Shown here piece by piece: positions 18,315 to 27,154 of a stretch of DNA of 64,000 bases (position 1 is the stretch's first letter; the number at the start of each line of letters is the position of its first letter). Below the pieces are notes generated by a model. That model was not told the DNA's origin. It was given only the letters and a program-made list of their open reading frames with translations, and made no database searches. The position numbers and the translations under genes were made by a program. The DNA is from Candidatus Dormiibacterota bacterium (GTDB lineage: Bacteria > Chloroflexota > Dormibacteria > Aeolococcales > Aeolococcaceae). The stretch is from contig JAFARE010000001.1 in NCBI GenBank assembly GCA_019245575.1, positions 268,015 to 332,014 on the forward strand, in the 5' to 3' direction.

Positions 18315-19523
18315 CTAACCCGTTACCCGCTCCGGTGGCGGTGTGATGACAGCGGCGCCGTCGCTGATGCTGATGCTCCAGCCCTCCTCGTGGATTGCGT
18401 GGTGGTGCCGCCGACACAACGAGACCAGATTGCTGAGCTCCGTCTTGCCACCATCCGCCCAATGCACGCGGTGGTGCGCGTCACACCATTCATGCCCTCG
18501 GTCGCACCCGGGAAACCGGCAGCCGTTGTCCCGCAACCGTAGGGCCTCGCGAATGTGCGCCGGTATGGTGCGTCGGGAGCGACCGACTGACAACGGCACT
18601 ACGTCGGCGCCGGGCGCGGTGTCACCAGCGATCGTCACGTCGCGGCGCACCACGTCGCACGCGATGCGCCGAGCGATCTGCCGGTGCACGGGACCGAAGC
18701 CCTTCAGTTCGGGCAGCGGCGTGCCCGCTTGGTCGCGCAGCGCGTCGAGGCTGGCCGTCACGGTCAGGTGGGGACGCTCGCCGCTCACCGACTTGTGCTC
18801 GCCACGGTGCAGCTGCTGCGACGCCATGTCCGTGAGTGCGTCCGCGCGTCGCTGTGACGCAGTCCGCTCGTCGCCCGGTCTTGGCACCGCTACCAGCGCC
18901 TCGATGGCCGTCTTCACCAGCGTGCCGCCCTCGGCATCCAGCTCGCCGCGCAGCACGAACACGCCGCCGTAGGTCTCATCGCAGGCGAACCAGCGTCGTT
19001 CGTATGCACGATCTGCGGCGGCCAGCGAGCCGTCGGGATCAAGCAACAGCCGGCTCTCTTCGGTGAGGCGGCGCATCGGGCCGGGTTCGAATCGCTCTGC
19101 CGCGTCGACCAGGACCTCTTGAATCGGCGCCACGGCTTCAGCACCGACGTCAGCTGCAAGCCGGGCCACCATGGACGCATTGCACAACGGGGAACGTCCC
19201 GCCCGAGCGCTGACCAGCGCCGCGGGTGCCGCAGCGAAGGCGTCGGCTAGATGTACTCGATGTGCGGCGCCGCGCACGCTCATGCGGCAGGCGGACCGCA
19301 GCCAGCCCACCGTGCTCAGGCGCCACGTCGCAGCGACCCTGCGCTGGTGGAACGCTTGCACGCGGCGGATCAGCTCCGCTTCGAGACGCTCCACGGCGCG
19401 ATTTAGCGCGACCACGTCGTCGCTGAGTGCAGCGTCGGGCAGCCTGTCGATGGGTTCGGCGACCACCGCATCGACGACGTCCTCGAGCTCTTCGAGCGGA
19501 CTGACGGCGGCGGCTGCCTGCAT
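18315..19523 (-). CDS. HNH endonuclease with N-terminal DUF222 domain (13E12-repeat-like)
   Basis: 402 aa. C-terminal HNH motif CRFPGCDR...CDAHHRVHWADGG.T...NLVSLCRRHH. The N-terminal region is typical of actinobacterial DUF222 proteins. Confidence 0.85.
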   Translation of the reverse strand: MQAAAAVSPLEELEDVVDAVVAEPIDRLPDAALSDDVVALNRAVERLEAELIRRVQAFHQRRVAATWRLSTVGWLRSACRMSVRGAAHRVHLADAFAAAPAALVSARAGRSPLCNASMVARLAADVGAEAVAPIQEVLVDAAERFEPGPMRRLTEESRLLLDPDGSLAAADRAYERRWFACDETYGGVFVLRGELDAEGGTLVKTAIEALVAVPRPGDERTASQRRADALTDMASQQLHRGEHKSVSGERPHLTVTASLDALRDQAGTPLPELKGFGPVHRQIARRIACDVVRRDVTIAGDTAPGADVVPLSVGRSRRTIPAHIREALRLRDNGCRFPGCDRGHEWCDAHHRVHWADGGKTELSNLVSLCRRHHHAIHEEGWSISISDGAAVITPPPERVTG

Positions 19524-19529
19524 TGATCA

Positions 19530-19535
19530 ATGTTA
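19530..19535 (-). promoter_or_regulatory. Putative -10 (TAACAT) for the leaderless HNH gene
   Basis: TAACAT on the minus strand lies 6 nt upstream of ATG 19523. Confidence 0.4.
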
Positions 19536-19633
19536 CCACACAACTGTTCGTTTTCACCCCCCGAAAACCCAACCAGCACAAGGACAATCCGGCTATCGAG
19601 GGCTGCCCGGCCAACGAATCCGAGGCGCCGGGT

Positions 19634-20497
19634 TCAGAGCTCCCCGCGGATGACGCCGAGCGCGATGAGCGCGTCTGCAACGCCGGCCAGCCCCGGCGGT
19701 GCGCACGTCGCATCCGCGTGGCCGAGCACGGCCGGCGGCGCCGATGTCACAGCAATGGCAAAGCCCGCAGCGTCGAGCATCTCGACGTCATTCGGTGCGT
19801 CGCCGATGGCGACGGCCTCCTCGAGCTCAACCCCGAAGCGACGGCACACCAGCGCGCACGCCGCAGCCTTGTTCACCTTCGGGCTCACGATCTCGACGAA
19901 CTGCGGCAGTGAGCGGGTCACGCGCGCGCCGGGGTCCAGCGCTCGTGACATCGTGTCGATGCAGCGCCGCACCTCATCCGGGTCCTCGATCACGCAGATC
20001 GCCTTGGTGGAGCGGGCGTTCTCCAGCAGCGGCGCGAGGTCGTCCACGAAGTTGATGGGCACGCGCGCTATGCGCGCGTACACATGCGCCTCGGGGCGGT
20101 CCTGCTCGCAGAGCAGCTCGTCGTCGATGTACGCCTGGAAGTGCCAGCCGTGCTCGCGAGCCGTGCGCAGCGCGCGCAGCGCGACATCCGGCGCAAGACC
20201 CGCGTCGAGCAGGACGTCGCCACCGCGCTGCGCCTTGACCAGCGCACCCTGGTAGCAGACGAGCGGCGTGTCCACTCCCAGCTCGCGCGCCCACGGCTGC
20301 GCGGAGCGGAACATGCGCCCCGTCGCGATGATGACGGGCAGCACGCGCGCGGTCGCGCGCACGGCGTCGCGCACGCGCGGGTGCAGGCTCTGGTCATCCG
20401 CGTCGAGACACGTGCCGTCGAGGTCGAGGATGAGCGCGCGGACCGCGAATCGGGGTCGTGGCGCGGCCGGGTCCGTGATCGCAGGGGGCCGGCTCAC
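19634..20497 (-). CDS. HAD-IIB (Cof-type) phosphatase
   Basis: Motif I LDLDGT and motif IV GDAPNDVEM. GTG 20497 overlaps the upstream stop (GTGA). The ORF-track start at 20536 is less likely. Confidence 0.75.
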   Translation of the reverse strand: MSRPPAITDPAAPRPRFAVRALILDLDGTCLDADDQSLHPRVRDAVRATARVLPVIIATGRMFRSAQPWARELGVDTPLVCYQGALVKAQRGGDVLLDAGLAPDVALRALRTAREHGWHFQAYIDDELLCEQDRPEAHVYARIARVPINFVDDLAPLLENARSTKAICVIEDPDEVRRCIDTMSRALDPGARVTRSLPQFVEIVSPKVNKAAACALVCRRFGVELEEAVAIGDAPNDVEMLDAAGFAIAVTSAPPAVLGHADATCAPPGLAGVADALIALGVIRGEL

Positions 20498-21504
20498 CCT
20501 CCGCTGAGCAGCGACGCAGGGGCGCGCTCGCCCCATGCCTGAGGGTTGACGCAGTTGCGAGGCACCGTGCCGCTCAGCGCGTCAACGGCGTTGTGCGCGC
20601 ACAGCTCCGCCATCGCCGCGCGCGTCGTGACGGTGGCGCTGCCCAGGTGCGGAGCGAGCACCGCGGTGGAGCACTGGGCCAGTCCCGGGCTGAGCTCGGG
20701 CTCGCGCTCGTACACGTCGAGCCCCGCAGCCGCGATCCATCCCTCGCGCAGCGCGCGCACCAGCGCCGCCTCGTCGACCACCGCGCCGCGCGAGGTGTTG
20801 ACGAGCACGGCCGTCCGCTTCATGCGGCGCAGCACCGCCTCTCCGACGAGATGGCGCGTGTCCTGGCTCAACGGCACGTGCAACGAGATCACATCGGCGT
20901 CGCGCACCAGCTCGTCGAAGCCAACGCGGGTCACGTGCGCGCGGAGCGACTCGTCCACGGGTGGGGCGGTGCTGTCGAAGTACGCGATGCGCATGCCGAA
21001 GCCGAGCGCGCGGCGCGCCACCGCCTGCCCGATGCGGCCGAAGCCCACGATGCCGAGCAGCGCATCGCGCAGCTCCAGGCCCAGGAGGTAGGTCGGCTCC
21101 CAGCCGTGAAAGCGCCCGGCGCGCAGCTCTTCGTCGCCCTCGCGGATGCGCCGCGCGGCCGCGAGCAGCAGCGCCATGGCGCAGTCCGCGGTGGCGTCGG
21201 TGAGGACGCCGGGCGTGTTGCCGACCACGATGCCGCGCTCCGTCGCCGCTGCGACATCGACGTTGTCGTATCCCACCGCGTACACGGACACGCAGCGCAT
21301 CCGCGGGAGGCCCGCGTCGAGGACCTCGGCGTCGACCCTGTCGCGCAGCTGCGGGCAGAGAACGTCGACCGGGTCGCGGCGCAGCTCATCGCAGAGCTCG
21401 TCGTGCGCCGGCAGCCGGCCAAGGCTGCGCAGACGAGCGACCGACTCGACGATGCCGGAGAAGGGATCCGGAAGGTCCAGCGTGCACAGAACGGTGGCGG
21501 ACAT
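20494..21504 (-). CDS. D-isomer-specific 2-hydroxyacid dehydrogenase (glyoxylate/hydroxypyruvate reductase-like)
   Basis: 336 aa. NAD motif GIVGFGRIGQAV and the conserved catalytic domain pattern. Confidence 0.85.
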   Translation of the reverse strand: MSATVLCTLDLPDPFSGIVESVARLRSLGRLPAHDELCDELRRDPVDVLCPQLRDRVDAEVLDAGLPRMRCVSVYAVGYDNVDVAAATERGIVVGNTPGVLTDATADCAMALLLAAARRIREGDEELRAGRFHGWEPTYLLGLELRDALLGIVGFGRIGQAVARRALGFGMRIAYFDSTAPPVDESLRAHVTRVGFDELVRDADVISLHVPLSQDTRHLVGEAVLRRMKRTAVLVNTSRGAVVDEAALVRALREGWIAAAGLDVYEREPELSPGLAQCSTAVLAPHLGSATVTTRAAMAELCAHNAVDALSGTVPRNCVNPQAWGERAPASLLSGG

Positions 21505-21514
21505 TTGGAAATCG

Positions 21515-21520
21515 ATCTTA
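21515..21520 (-). promoter_or_regulatory. Putative -10 (TAAGAT) for the 2-hydroxyacid dehydrogenase operon
   Basis: TAAGAT on the minus strand lies 10 nt upstream of ATG 21504. Confidence 0.35.
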
Positions 21521-21525
21521 TCGGG

Positions 21526-21531
21526 TACAAT
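21526..21531 (+). promoter_or_regulatory. Putative -10 (TACAAT) for the DEAD-box helicase gene
   Basis: TACAAT sits in the AT-richer divergent intergenic region. TTTGGA/TTGGAA lies 15-16 nt upstream. Confidence 0.3.
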
Positions 21532-21633
21532 CGAGACGTCTTGCGTTCAACTTCCAGGATGCGGTTGGGAAGACCGCGCGTCGCAAGGCCTCATCCCGTG
21601 GCAGAAACGGTGGACGGGGCCGCGACGGACACG

Positions 21634-22785
21634 ATGCCGGAGCCGGTCGGTTTCGATCAGCTGGAGCTCAGTCCTGCCATGCGCACGTCGGTGGCGGACA
21701 TGGGCTTCGTCACCGCCACGCCGATCCAGGCCGGCGCAATCCCCGCGGCACTGCAGGGACGCGACGTCGTGGGCCAGGCCCAGACGGGGAGCGGCAAGAC
21801 CGCCGCGTTCTCCATACCGATCATCGAGCGGCTCGAGGCCCGGGGCGGCCCCGTGCAGGCCCTCGTGCTCTGCCCAACCCGCGAGCTCGCTGTGCAGGTC
21901 CACGCCGAGTTCACGCGGCTCGCGGCACGGCACGAGCTGCGCGCCGTCGCCGTGTACGGCGGCGACTCGGTCGCGCGCCAGACCCAGGAGCTGCGCAAGG
22001 GCGCGCACGTGGTCGTGGCCACCCCTGGCCGGCTGCGCGACCACATGCAGCGCGGCTCGCTGCGCCTCGACAACGTGCGCATCGCCGTGCTCGACGAGGC
22101 GGATCGCATGCTCGACATGGGGTTTGCGCCAGACGTTGAGCGCATCCTCCGGCAGTGCCCCGACGACCGTCAGACGCTGCTCTTCTCAGCCACCATGCCG
22201 GACTGGGTGCGGCGCCTGGCCTCGCGCCACATGCGTGACGCGGTGGACATCGACATCAACACTCGCCCCGAGATCCCCGCCGGGGTGCGGCAGCTCTACC
22301 TGCAGACCACGTGGGCCGACAAGACGGACGCGCTGGCGCGCATCCTCGATCAGCCCGACGTCACCATGGCGCTCATCTTCGTGGAGACCAAGCGCACCGC
22401 CGATGTGCTCGAGGCGCAGCTCACGCGCCGCGGCTACCACGTCGGGTTGCTCCACGGCGACCTGACGCAGCGCGACCGCGACCGCGCGATGCGCCAGTTC
22501 CGCGACAGCCACACGCGCTACCTGATCGCCACCAACGTCGCCGCGCGCGGCCTCGACGTCGACGACATCTCCCACGTCATCAACTACGACGTGCCGGTCA
22601 CGCCGGACGAATACGTGCACCGTGTTGGGCGCACCGCGCGCGCCGGCCGCAGCGGCGTTGCTGTCACGCTCATCACGCCCAGCGAGATCCTCAAGCTTCG
22701 GGACGTGGAGCGCCACGCCCGCACCACCATCCTGCCGGCCACCCTGGCCGACTTCCCCACCCCGGAACTCGCCGCCCGGGCGTAG
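21634..22785 (+). CDS. DEAD-box ATP-dependent RNA helicase
   Basis: Q motif, AQTGSGKT, DEAD, SAT and HRVGRTARAG. ATG 21634 is chosen (alternative 21559). The rest of ORF 20593-22785 is antisense to real genes. Confidence 0.88.
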   Translation: MPEPVGFDQLELSPAMRTSVADMGFVTATPIQAGAIPAALQGRDVVGQAQTGSGKTAAFSIPIIERLEARGGPVQALVLCPTRELAVQVHAEFTRLAARHELRAVAVYGGDSVARQTQELRKGAHVVVATPGRLRDHMQRGSLRLDNVRIAVLDEADRMLDMGFAPDVERILRQCPDDRQTLLFSATMPDWVRRLASRHMRDAVDIDINTRPEIPAGVRQLYLQTTWADKTDALARILDQPDVTMALIFVETKRTADVLEAQLTRRGYHVGLLHGDLTQRDRDRAMRQFRDSHTRYLIATNVAARGLDVDDISHVINYDVPVTPDEYVHRVGRTARAGRSGVAVTLITPSEILKLRDVERHARTTILPATLADFPTPELAARA

Positions 22786-22788
22786 GCT
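22783..22788 (+). promoter_or_regulatory. Putative -10 (TAGGCT) for the leaderless alpha/beta hydrolase gene
   Basis: TAGGCT, whose TAG is the helicase stop, lies 7 nt upstream of GTG 22796. Confidence 0.35.
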
Positions 22789-22795
22789 CGCGTCC

Positions 22796-23578
22796 GTGAC
22801 GGGCGGCCCGGCAATGCACGACTCGGGCGAGGGCCCCGCCGTCCTCTTCCTCCACGCCTTTCCTCTGGACGCCTCGCAGTGGGACCACCAGGTCGCCGCG
22901 CTGAGCGACGCACGGCGCTGCCTGCGGCCGGCCATCTGGGGCTGTGGCGACTCGCCGCCGCCACCGGAGGATGCCGCCGGTCTCGACGACTACGCACGCG
23001 CCATCGTGAGCGCGCTCGACGAGCGTGGCGTCGACCGATTCTCGGTGGTCGGCCTCTCGATGGGCGGCTACGTGGCGTTCGAGATCTGGCGACTCGCCGC
23101 TGCGCGCATCGGCGCGATCGCGTTCTGCAACACGCGGGCTGGCGCCGACTCCGACGCGTCCCGCTCCGACCGTCTGGCCATGGCGGAGCGGGTCTTGAGT
23201 GAAGGCAGCCCCGAGTCCATCGTCGAGGCCAGCGTCGAGCGCCTCCTCGGCCCACGCGCGCGGCGCGAGGCGCACATCACCGATCCCGTCCGCGGCCGCA
23301 TCCGCCGCTGCACACCGGCGGGCATCGCGTTCGCCCAGCGCGCGATGGCGGCTCGGCGTGACAGCACGCCGACCCTCGCGGCGATCGGCGTGCCCACGCT
23401 GGTAGTCGCCGGCCGCGACGACGCGGTCATCCCGGCCGCCGACGTGGACTCGCTCGCCGCCGGCCTTCCAGCTGCGGCGCGCGTCGACCTGGACTGCGGC
23501 CACCTGAGCAACCTCGAGCTGCCGCACGAGTTCAACCGCACGCTCGCGGAGTTCCTCGACTCGGCGCCCGCGGCATGA
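22796..23578 (+). CDS. Alpha/beta fold hydrolase
   Basis: PAVLFLHAFPLD and nucleophile elbow GLSMGG. The start is GTG 22796 (leaderless pattern) or ATG 22814. Confidence 0.8.
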   Translation: MTGGPAMHDSGEGPAVLFLHAFPLDASQWDHQVAALSDARRCLRPAIWGCGDSPPPPEDAAGLDDYARAIVSALDERGVDRFSVVGLSMGGYVAFEIWRLAAARIGAIAFCNTRAGADSDASRSDRLAMAERVLSEGSPESIVEASVERLLGPRARREAHITDPVRGRIRRCTPAGIAFAQRAMAARRDSTPTLAAIGVPTLVVAGRDDAVIPAADVDSLAAGLPAAARVDLDCGHLSNLELPHEFNRTLAEFLDSAPAA

Positions 23579-23766
23579 GCGAGCTCGCCCCGGAACTGCT
23601 CGCGATCCTGCGCTGCCCGCGCTGCCTGGGCATTCTCGAGCCCGAGCCCGACGGCATGCGCTGCGACGCGTGCCATCTGCGCTATCCGGTGCGAGACGGC
23701 ATCCCGCTGTTGTTGTTGTCAGATGCGACCGCAACACAGGATGCCGGCGACGCGGCCGGCGCCTGA
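23575..23766 (+). CDS. Trm112 family (UPF0434) zinc-ribbon protein
   Basis: 63 aa. LLAILRCPRC...CDAC...YPVRDGIPLLL. ATGA overlap with the hydrolase gene. Confidence 0.8.
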   Translation: MSELAPELLAILRCPRCLGILEPEPDGMRCDACHLRYPVRDGIPLLLLSDATATQDAGDAAGA

Positions 23767-23776
23767 CTATCAGGCG
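23760..23776. terminator. Short palindrome across convergent stop codons
   Basis: CGCCTGA-cta-TCAGGCG, a 7-bp stem. Both stop codons lie within the arms. Confidence 0.2.
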
Positions 23777-24963
23777 AGCTGGGCCGCTCTCGCCGCCTCT
23801 GTGGCCACGCCGATCGGCGCGGCGCAGAAGCCCACGTAGTCGATGGGCTCGGTGATGCTGGGGTTCTCACCGCACACCGGGCACTCAGGGTCGCGCGGCA
23901 CGCGGAACTCGCGGAAGCGCATGGCCAGCGCGTCGATGTGCAGCAGGCGCCCGGCGAGCGGGTCGCCGACGCCGGTGATGAGCTTGATCACCTCCGTCGC
24001 CTGCAGCACCCCGACGATGCCGGGCAGCACGCCGAGCACGCCCGCCTCCGCGCACGACGGCGCCTCCTCCGGCGGCGGGGGCGCGGGGTAGCGGCAGCGG
24101 TAGCACGGCGACTGGAACGGGATGACCGTGGTCAGCTGCCCTTCGAACCGGAAGATGCCGCCGTCGACCAGCGGCTTCTTGGTGAAGACGGCGACGTCAT
24201 TTGCCAGGTAGCGCGTGGGGAAGTTGTCGCAGCCGTTGACGATGATGTCGTACTGCTCGAAGAGCCGCTGCGCGTTCTCGCCGCTGAGCATCTCGTTGTG
24301 CTCCACCACGCGCACATCGCTGTTCAGCGCCTGCAGCGCGATGCGCGCTGACTCCGTCTTGCGCATCCCGATGCGCTCCTCGGTGTGGAGCACCTGGCGC
24401 TGCAGGTTGCTGAGGTCGACCGTGTCGAAGTCGACGAACCCGATGGTGCCCACGCCGGCAGCCGCCAGGTACAGCGCGGCCGGGGTGCCCAACCCTCCGG
24501 CGCCGATCAGCAGCACGCGAGCGTCAAGCAGCTTGCGCTGACCCTCGGCGCCGATCTCGGGGATGAGGAGGTGCCGGCTGTAGCGCTGCTGCTGCTCCGG
24601 CGTCAGCGCGCGCGGGACGACGAAGTCGAACCCCGCCTGCTTCCACGCGTTGAACCCGCCGCCCATCGACTGCACGTCCTCGTAGCCCAGCTCGTGGAGG
24701 GCCCGCGCGGCGAGGAGCGAGCGCACCCCCCCGGCGCAGTACAGCGTGATCGGCGTGGAGCGCCGCGGCACCGCGTCCTCGATCCTGGTCTCGATGAACC
24801 CCTTGCTGAGGTGCACCGCACCGGGGATGTGACCCTCCTCGAACTCGTTGCGTTCGCGCACGTCGATGACGGTGCGGCCCCGGGCGTCGCGCACCTGCTG
24901 GGGGGTGACCTCGGGGATCAGCCGGCGCGCTTCGTCGAGCAGATCGCGAGAGGACTTTGCCAC
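23770..24963 (-). CDS. Rhodanese-ThiF/MoeB fusion (sulfur-carrier adenylyltransferase/sulfurtransferase)
   Basis: N-terminal rhodanese with active-site loop CAGGVRS. C-terminal E1-like domain with GAGGLG and CYRC/CPVC zinc motifs. Confidence 0.85.
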   Translation of the reverse strand: MAKSSRDLLDEARRLIPEVTPQQVRDARGRTVIDVRERNEFEEGHIPGAVHLSKGFIETRIEDAVPRRSTPITLYCAGGVRSLLAARALHELGYEDVQSMGGGFNAWKQAGFDFVVPRALTPEQQQRYSRHLLIPEIGAEGQRKLLDARVLLIGAGGLGTPAALYLAAAGVGTIGFVDFDTVDLSNLQRQVLHTEERIGMRKTESARIALQALNSDVRVVEHNEMLSGENAQRLFEQYDIIVNGCDNFPTRYLANDVAVFTKKPLVDGGIFRFEGQLTTVIPFQSPCYRCRYPAPPPPEEAPSCAEAGVLGVLPGIVGVLQATEVIKLITGVGDPLAGRLLHIDALAMRFREFRVPRDPECPVCGENPSITEPIDYVGFCAAPIGVATEAARAAQLA

Positions 24964-24969
24964 GCAGCC

Positions 24970-24975
24970 AGTCTA
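24970..24975 (-). promoter_or_regulatory. Putative -10 (TAGACT) for the leaderless rhodanese-ThiF gene
   Basis: TAGACT on the minus strand lies 6 nt upstream of GTG 24963. Confidence 0.4.
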
Positions 24976-25035
24976 CCCAAAAATCCGACCTCGCCAGTCT
25001 GGATTCGCCTGTGACCCCCGCGGTGGGACTACGCC

Positions 25036-25488
25036 TCAGGTGGTGCCGGTGGTGCGGCGCTTCGCGCGGGTCGCCGGGCGGGTCGCCGCCGGCTTGCGTG
25101 CCGTCGCCGTCCTCCTCACGGGTGCGCGCTTGGCGGCAGGCTTGCGCCCGGTGGAGGCTGCCCGCCGCTTGGCCGCGGGCTTACGCCCGGTGGAGGCTGT
25201 GCGCCGCTTGGCCGCAGACGGACGCGCCGGCGCCGCCGGCGCCGCCACCGGCAGGACTGCCGAGGCGGCCAGCAGGCGGCCCTCGGCCACCTGCAGCTTT
25301 GCCGTCAGCTTGGCCAGCTGTCGTGCGGCGGCGTCGGCCTTGACCGTGGCCTTGCGATGCGCCGACCGGGTCTGGTCGACCGCCTTCTGCAGCGCCTTCA
25401 GCTCGGTGGCCTGCTTCTTCAGCGTCTTCTTGTCCGGCATGGCCGTCCGTGTCCCCGCCGGGATGGCCTGTTTCTTTGCCTTACGCAT
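25036..25488 (-). CDS. Histone H1-like, Lys/Arg/Ala-rich basic protein (probable nucleoid-associated)
   Basis: 150 aa. Coiled N-terminal part and a repetitive basic tail, AAKRRTASTGRKP x2.3. AGGGAG lies 6 nt upstream of ATG 25488. Confidence 0.6.
   Translation of the reverse strand: MRKAKKQAIPAGTRTAMPDKKTLKKQATELKALQKAVDQTRSAHRKATVKADAAARQLAKLTAKLQVAEGRLLAASAVLPVAAPAAPARPSAAKRRTASTGRKPAAKRRAASTGRKPAAKRAPVRRTATARKPAATRPATRAKRRTTGTT
25127..25217 (-). repeat. 39-nt in-frame tandem repeat (about 2.3 copies) inside the basic-protein gene
   Basis: Units 25127-25165 and 25166-25204 differ at a few positions. A partial third unit follows. Confidence 0.8.
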
Positions 25489-25534
25489 CGAGCACTCCCT
25501 TGGGTTCAGATCAGTTTGGGCTGTTTAGCACCAT

Positions 25535-27061
25535 TCACTGGCCGACTGCAATGCCGCCGGGCCCGCCGCGCTCTCCCTCGAGCACGAGCTGGCGGCCGAA
25601 CACGCGCTGGAACCGCGCCGTCAGCTCGTCGGCGGCCCAGTCGTGCGGCATGGGCACGGTCAGCACCACCACCTTGCGCTCGTCCTGGCGCGCCACCGAC
25701 ACCGCGGCCCCGCGCGGCATGCGCCGCTCGATCTCGTCGGACAGCGCCAGGAGCACCGCGGCGCGTCCGACAGCGCGCCGATCGGCGGCGTCGAAGAACA
25801 CCGAGTACGCGTCGAAGTCCGCCCGGCCCCGGCCGGCGCGCGCGATGAGCGCCGCGGTCATCGCGATGCTGCGGTGTGAGAAGCCGTGCAGGTCGGCCGA
25901 CGTCACGATCTCGGCAGCGTGGTCCCAGCGCCGGTAGTAGTCGACGCTGCGGCCCACGTCGAGGATGGTTGCCGCGTGCTCGAAGGCGTCACGCAACTCC
26001 TCCGCTGCGCCCTGCATCATCACGTCCCACAGCGCCGATGCGATGCGCAGCCGGCGTCGCGCGCGGTCGCCGTCCCAGGTGGTGAACCGCGAGGCGATGG
26101 CCGAGATGGACGCCCGGCGCACCGCCTGCGCAGACGGCATCAGGCGGGCAAACTCCTCGTAGACGACGCCCTCGCGCAATCCCTGCCCGGAGACCGCGAG
26201 ACTGGTTGCACCCGCAGCCTCCATGACCGTCTGCACCACCAGCGCACCACCCACGATCGAGTCGGCGCGGTCCGCCGACAGCCCGGGGAGCGCGGCGCGG
26301 CGGGAAAGACGCCGCGTCACCAGCCGGCCCACCACCTCGCGCAAGCCCTTGCGCGAAAGCTCGTATCCGTGCAGCCGCTGGATCGGGTACGTGCGCGCCG
26401 CTCTGTCCATCTTCGCCAGGTTGCGGATCGTGCCGCCGGTGCCGACCACCTGCTCGCCCTCGCGCAGTTCGGGCACGCCGGCCGCGCTGAGCGACAGCGC
26501 CACGTGGTTCTGCAGGGCCGTGACCTCCGACTGCTTGGGCGGGTCGCTGTTGAGGAAGACGTCGGTGAGACGCAGCGACCCGAGTGGCAGCGTCCAGCTG
26601 TTTTGCACGCGCCTGCCGCGGAAGTGCGCCACCTCCAGGCTGCCCCCGCCCACGTCCACCAGGAGCCCGTGCTCGATGGGCAGTCCATTGACCGCACCGC
26701 TGAACGCCAGGCGTGCCTCCTCCTCCCCGTCGATGACGCGGATGTTGAGTCCGGTCTCGCGGCGCAGTCCGGCGACGAACTCCGCACCATTGCGCGCCTC
26801 GCGGACTGCCGCGGTGGCCAGCGCAACAGTGCGCCGTGCGCCTGATCCTGCCGCAACCGCCATGAAGTCGTACAGCGCAGCGAGGGTCCGCTCCTCGGCA
26901 GCGTGTGTGAGACTGCCTGAGCGCGCGATGTCGCTCATGAGTCGCAGCGACGTGCGTGCTTCCGACAGGATCTCGAGGTGGCCGTTCGCGGTGACGCGAA
27001 CGACGATGACACGCCCCGAGTTGGAGCCGATGTCGATGACTGCGAGCGGCTGAGAAGGCAC
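25535..27061 (-). CDS. ppx: Exopolyphosphatase (Ppx/GppA family)
   Basis: AVIDIGSNSGR phosphate-1 motif and Ppx/GppA core. GTG 27061 with GGAG 5 nt upstream is preferred over the ORF-track start at 27136. Confidence 0.85.
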   Translation of the reverse strand: MPSQPLAVIDIGSNSGRVIVVRVTANGHLEILSEARTSLRLMSDIARSGSLTHAAEERTLAALYDFMAVAAGSGARRTVALATAAVREARNGAEFVAGLRRETGLNIRVIDGEEEARLAFSGAVNGLPIEHGLLVDVGGGSLEVAHFRGRRVQNSWTLPLGSLRLTDVFLNSDPPKQSEVTALQNHVALSLSAAGVPELREGEQVVGTGGTIRNLAKMDRAARTYPIQRLHGYELSRKGLREVVGRLVTRRLSRRAALPGLSADRADSIVGGALVVQTVMEAAGATSLAVSGQGLREGVVYEEFARLMPSAQAVRRASISAIASRFTTWDGDRARRRLRIASALWDVMMQGAAEELRDAFEHAATILDVGRSVDYYRRWDHAAEIVTSADLHGFSHRSIAMTAALIARAGRGRADFDAYSVFFDAADRRAVGRAAVLLALSDEIERRMPRGAAVSVARQDERKVVVLTVPMPHDWAADELTARFQRVFGRQLVLEGERGGPGGIAVGQ

Positions 27062-27091
27062 GTCAGCTCCAGGTCTGCGGAGGTGCAAACA

Positions 27092-27097
27092 AGTATA
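27092..27097 (-). promoter_or_regulatory. Putative -10 (TATACT) for ppx (leadered)
   Basis: TATACT on the minus strand lies 30 nt upstream of GTG 27061. The leader contains GGAG. Confidence 0.35.
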
Positions 27098-27154
27098 CGT
27101 TCGCGTCCCGCGCGCGATGAGAGTGTGATCTTCCACACCCCTTCCGCATCTCCA

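Noticed and set aside
19537-19550. Possible LexA/Cheo box (CGAACAGTTGTGTG on the minus strand) upstream of the HNH gene
   Set aside because: Only the first half-site matches GAAC-N4-GTTC. The second half (GTGT) does not.
20593-21633. N-terminal 347 codons of the 730-aa ORF containing the DEAD-box helicase
   Set aside because: This part is antisense to the 2-hydroxyacid dehydrogenase gene and crosses the divergent promoter region. The helicase Q motif begins just after ATG 21634.
25127-25217. Direct repeats that might suggest a CRISPR or VNTR locus
   Set aside because: There are only 2.3 contiguous copies with no spacers. They are in frame inside a coding sequence and encode a repeated basic peptide.
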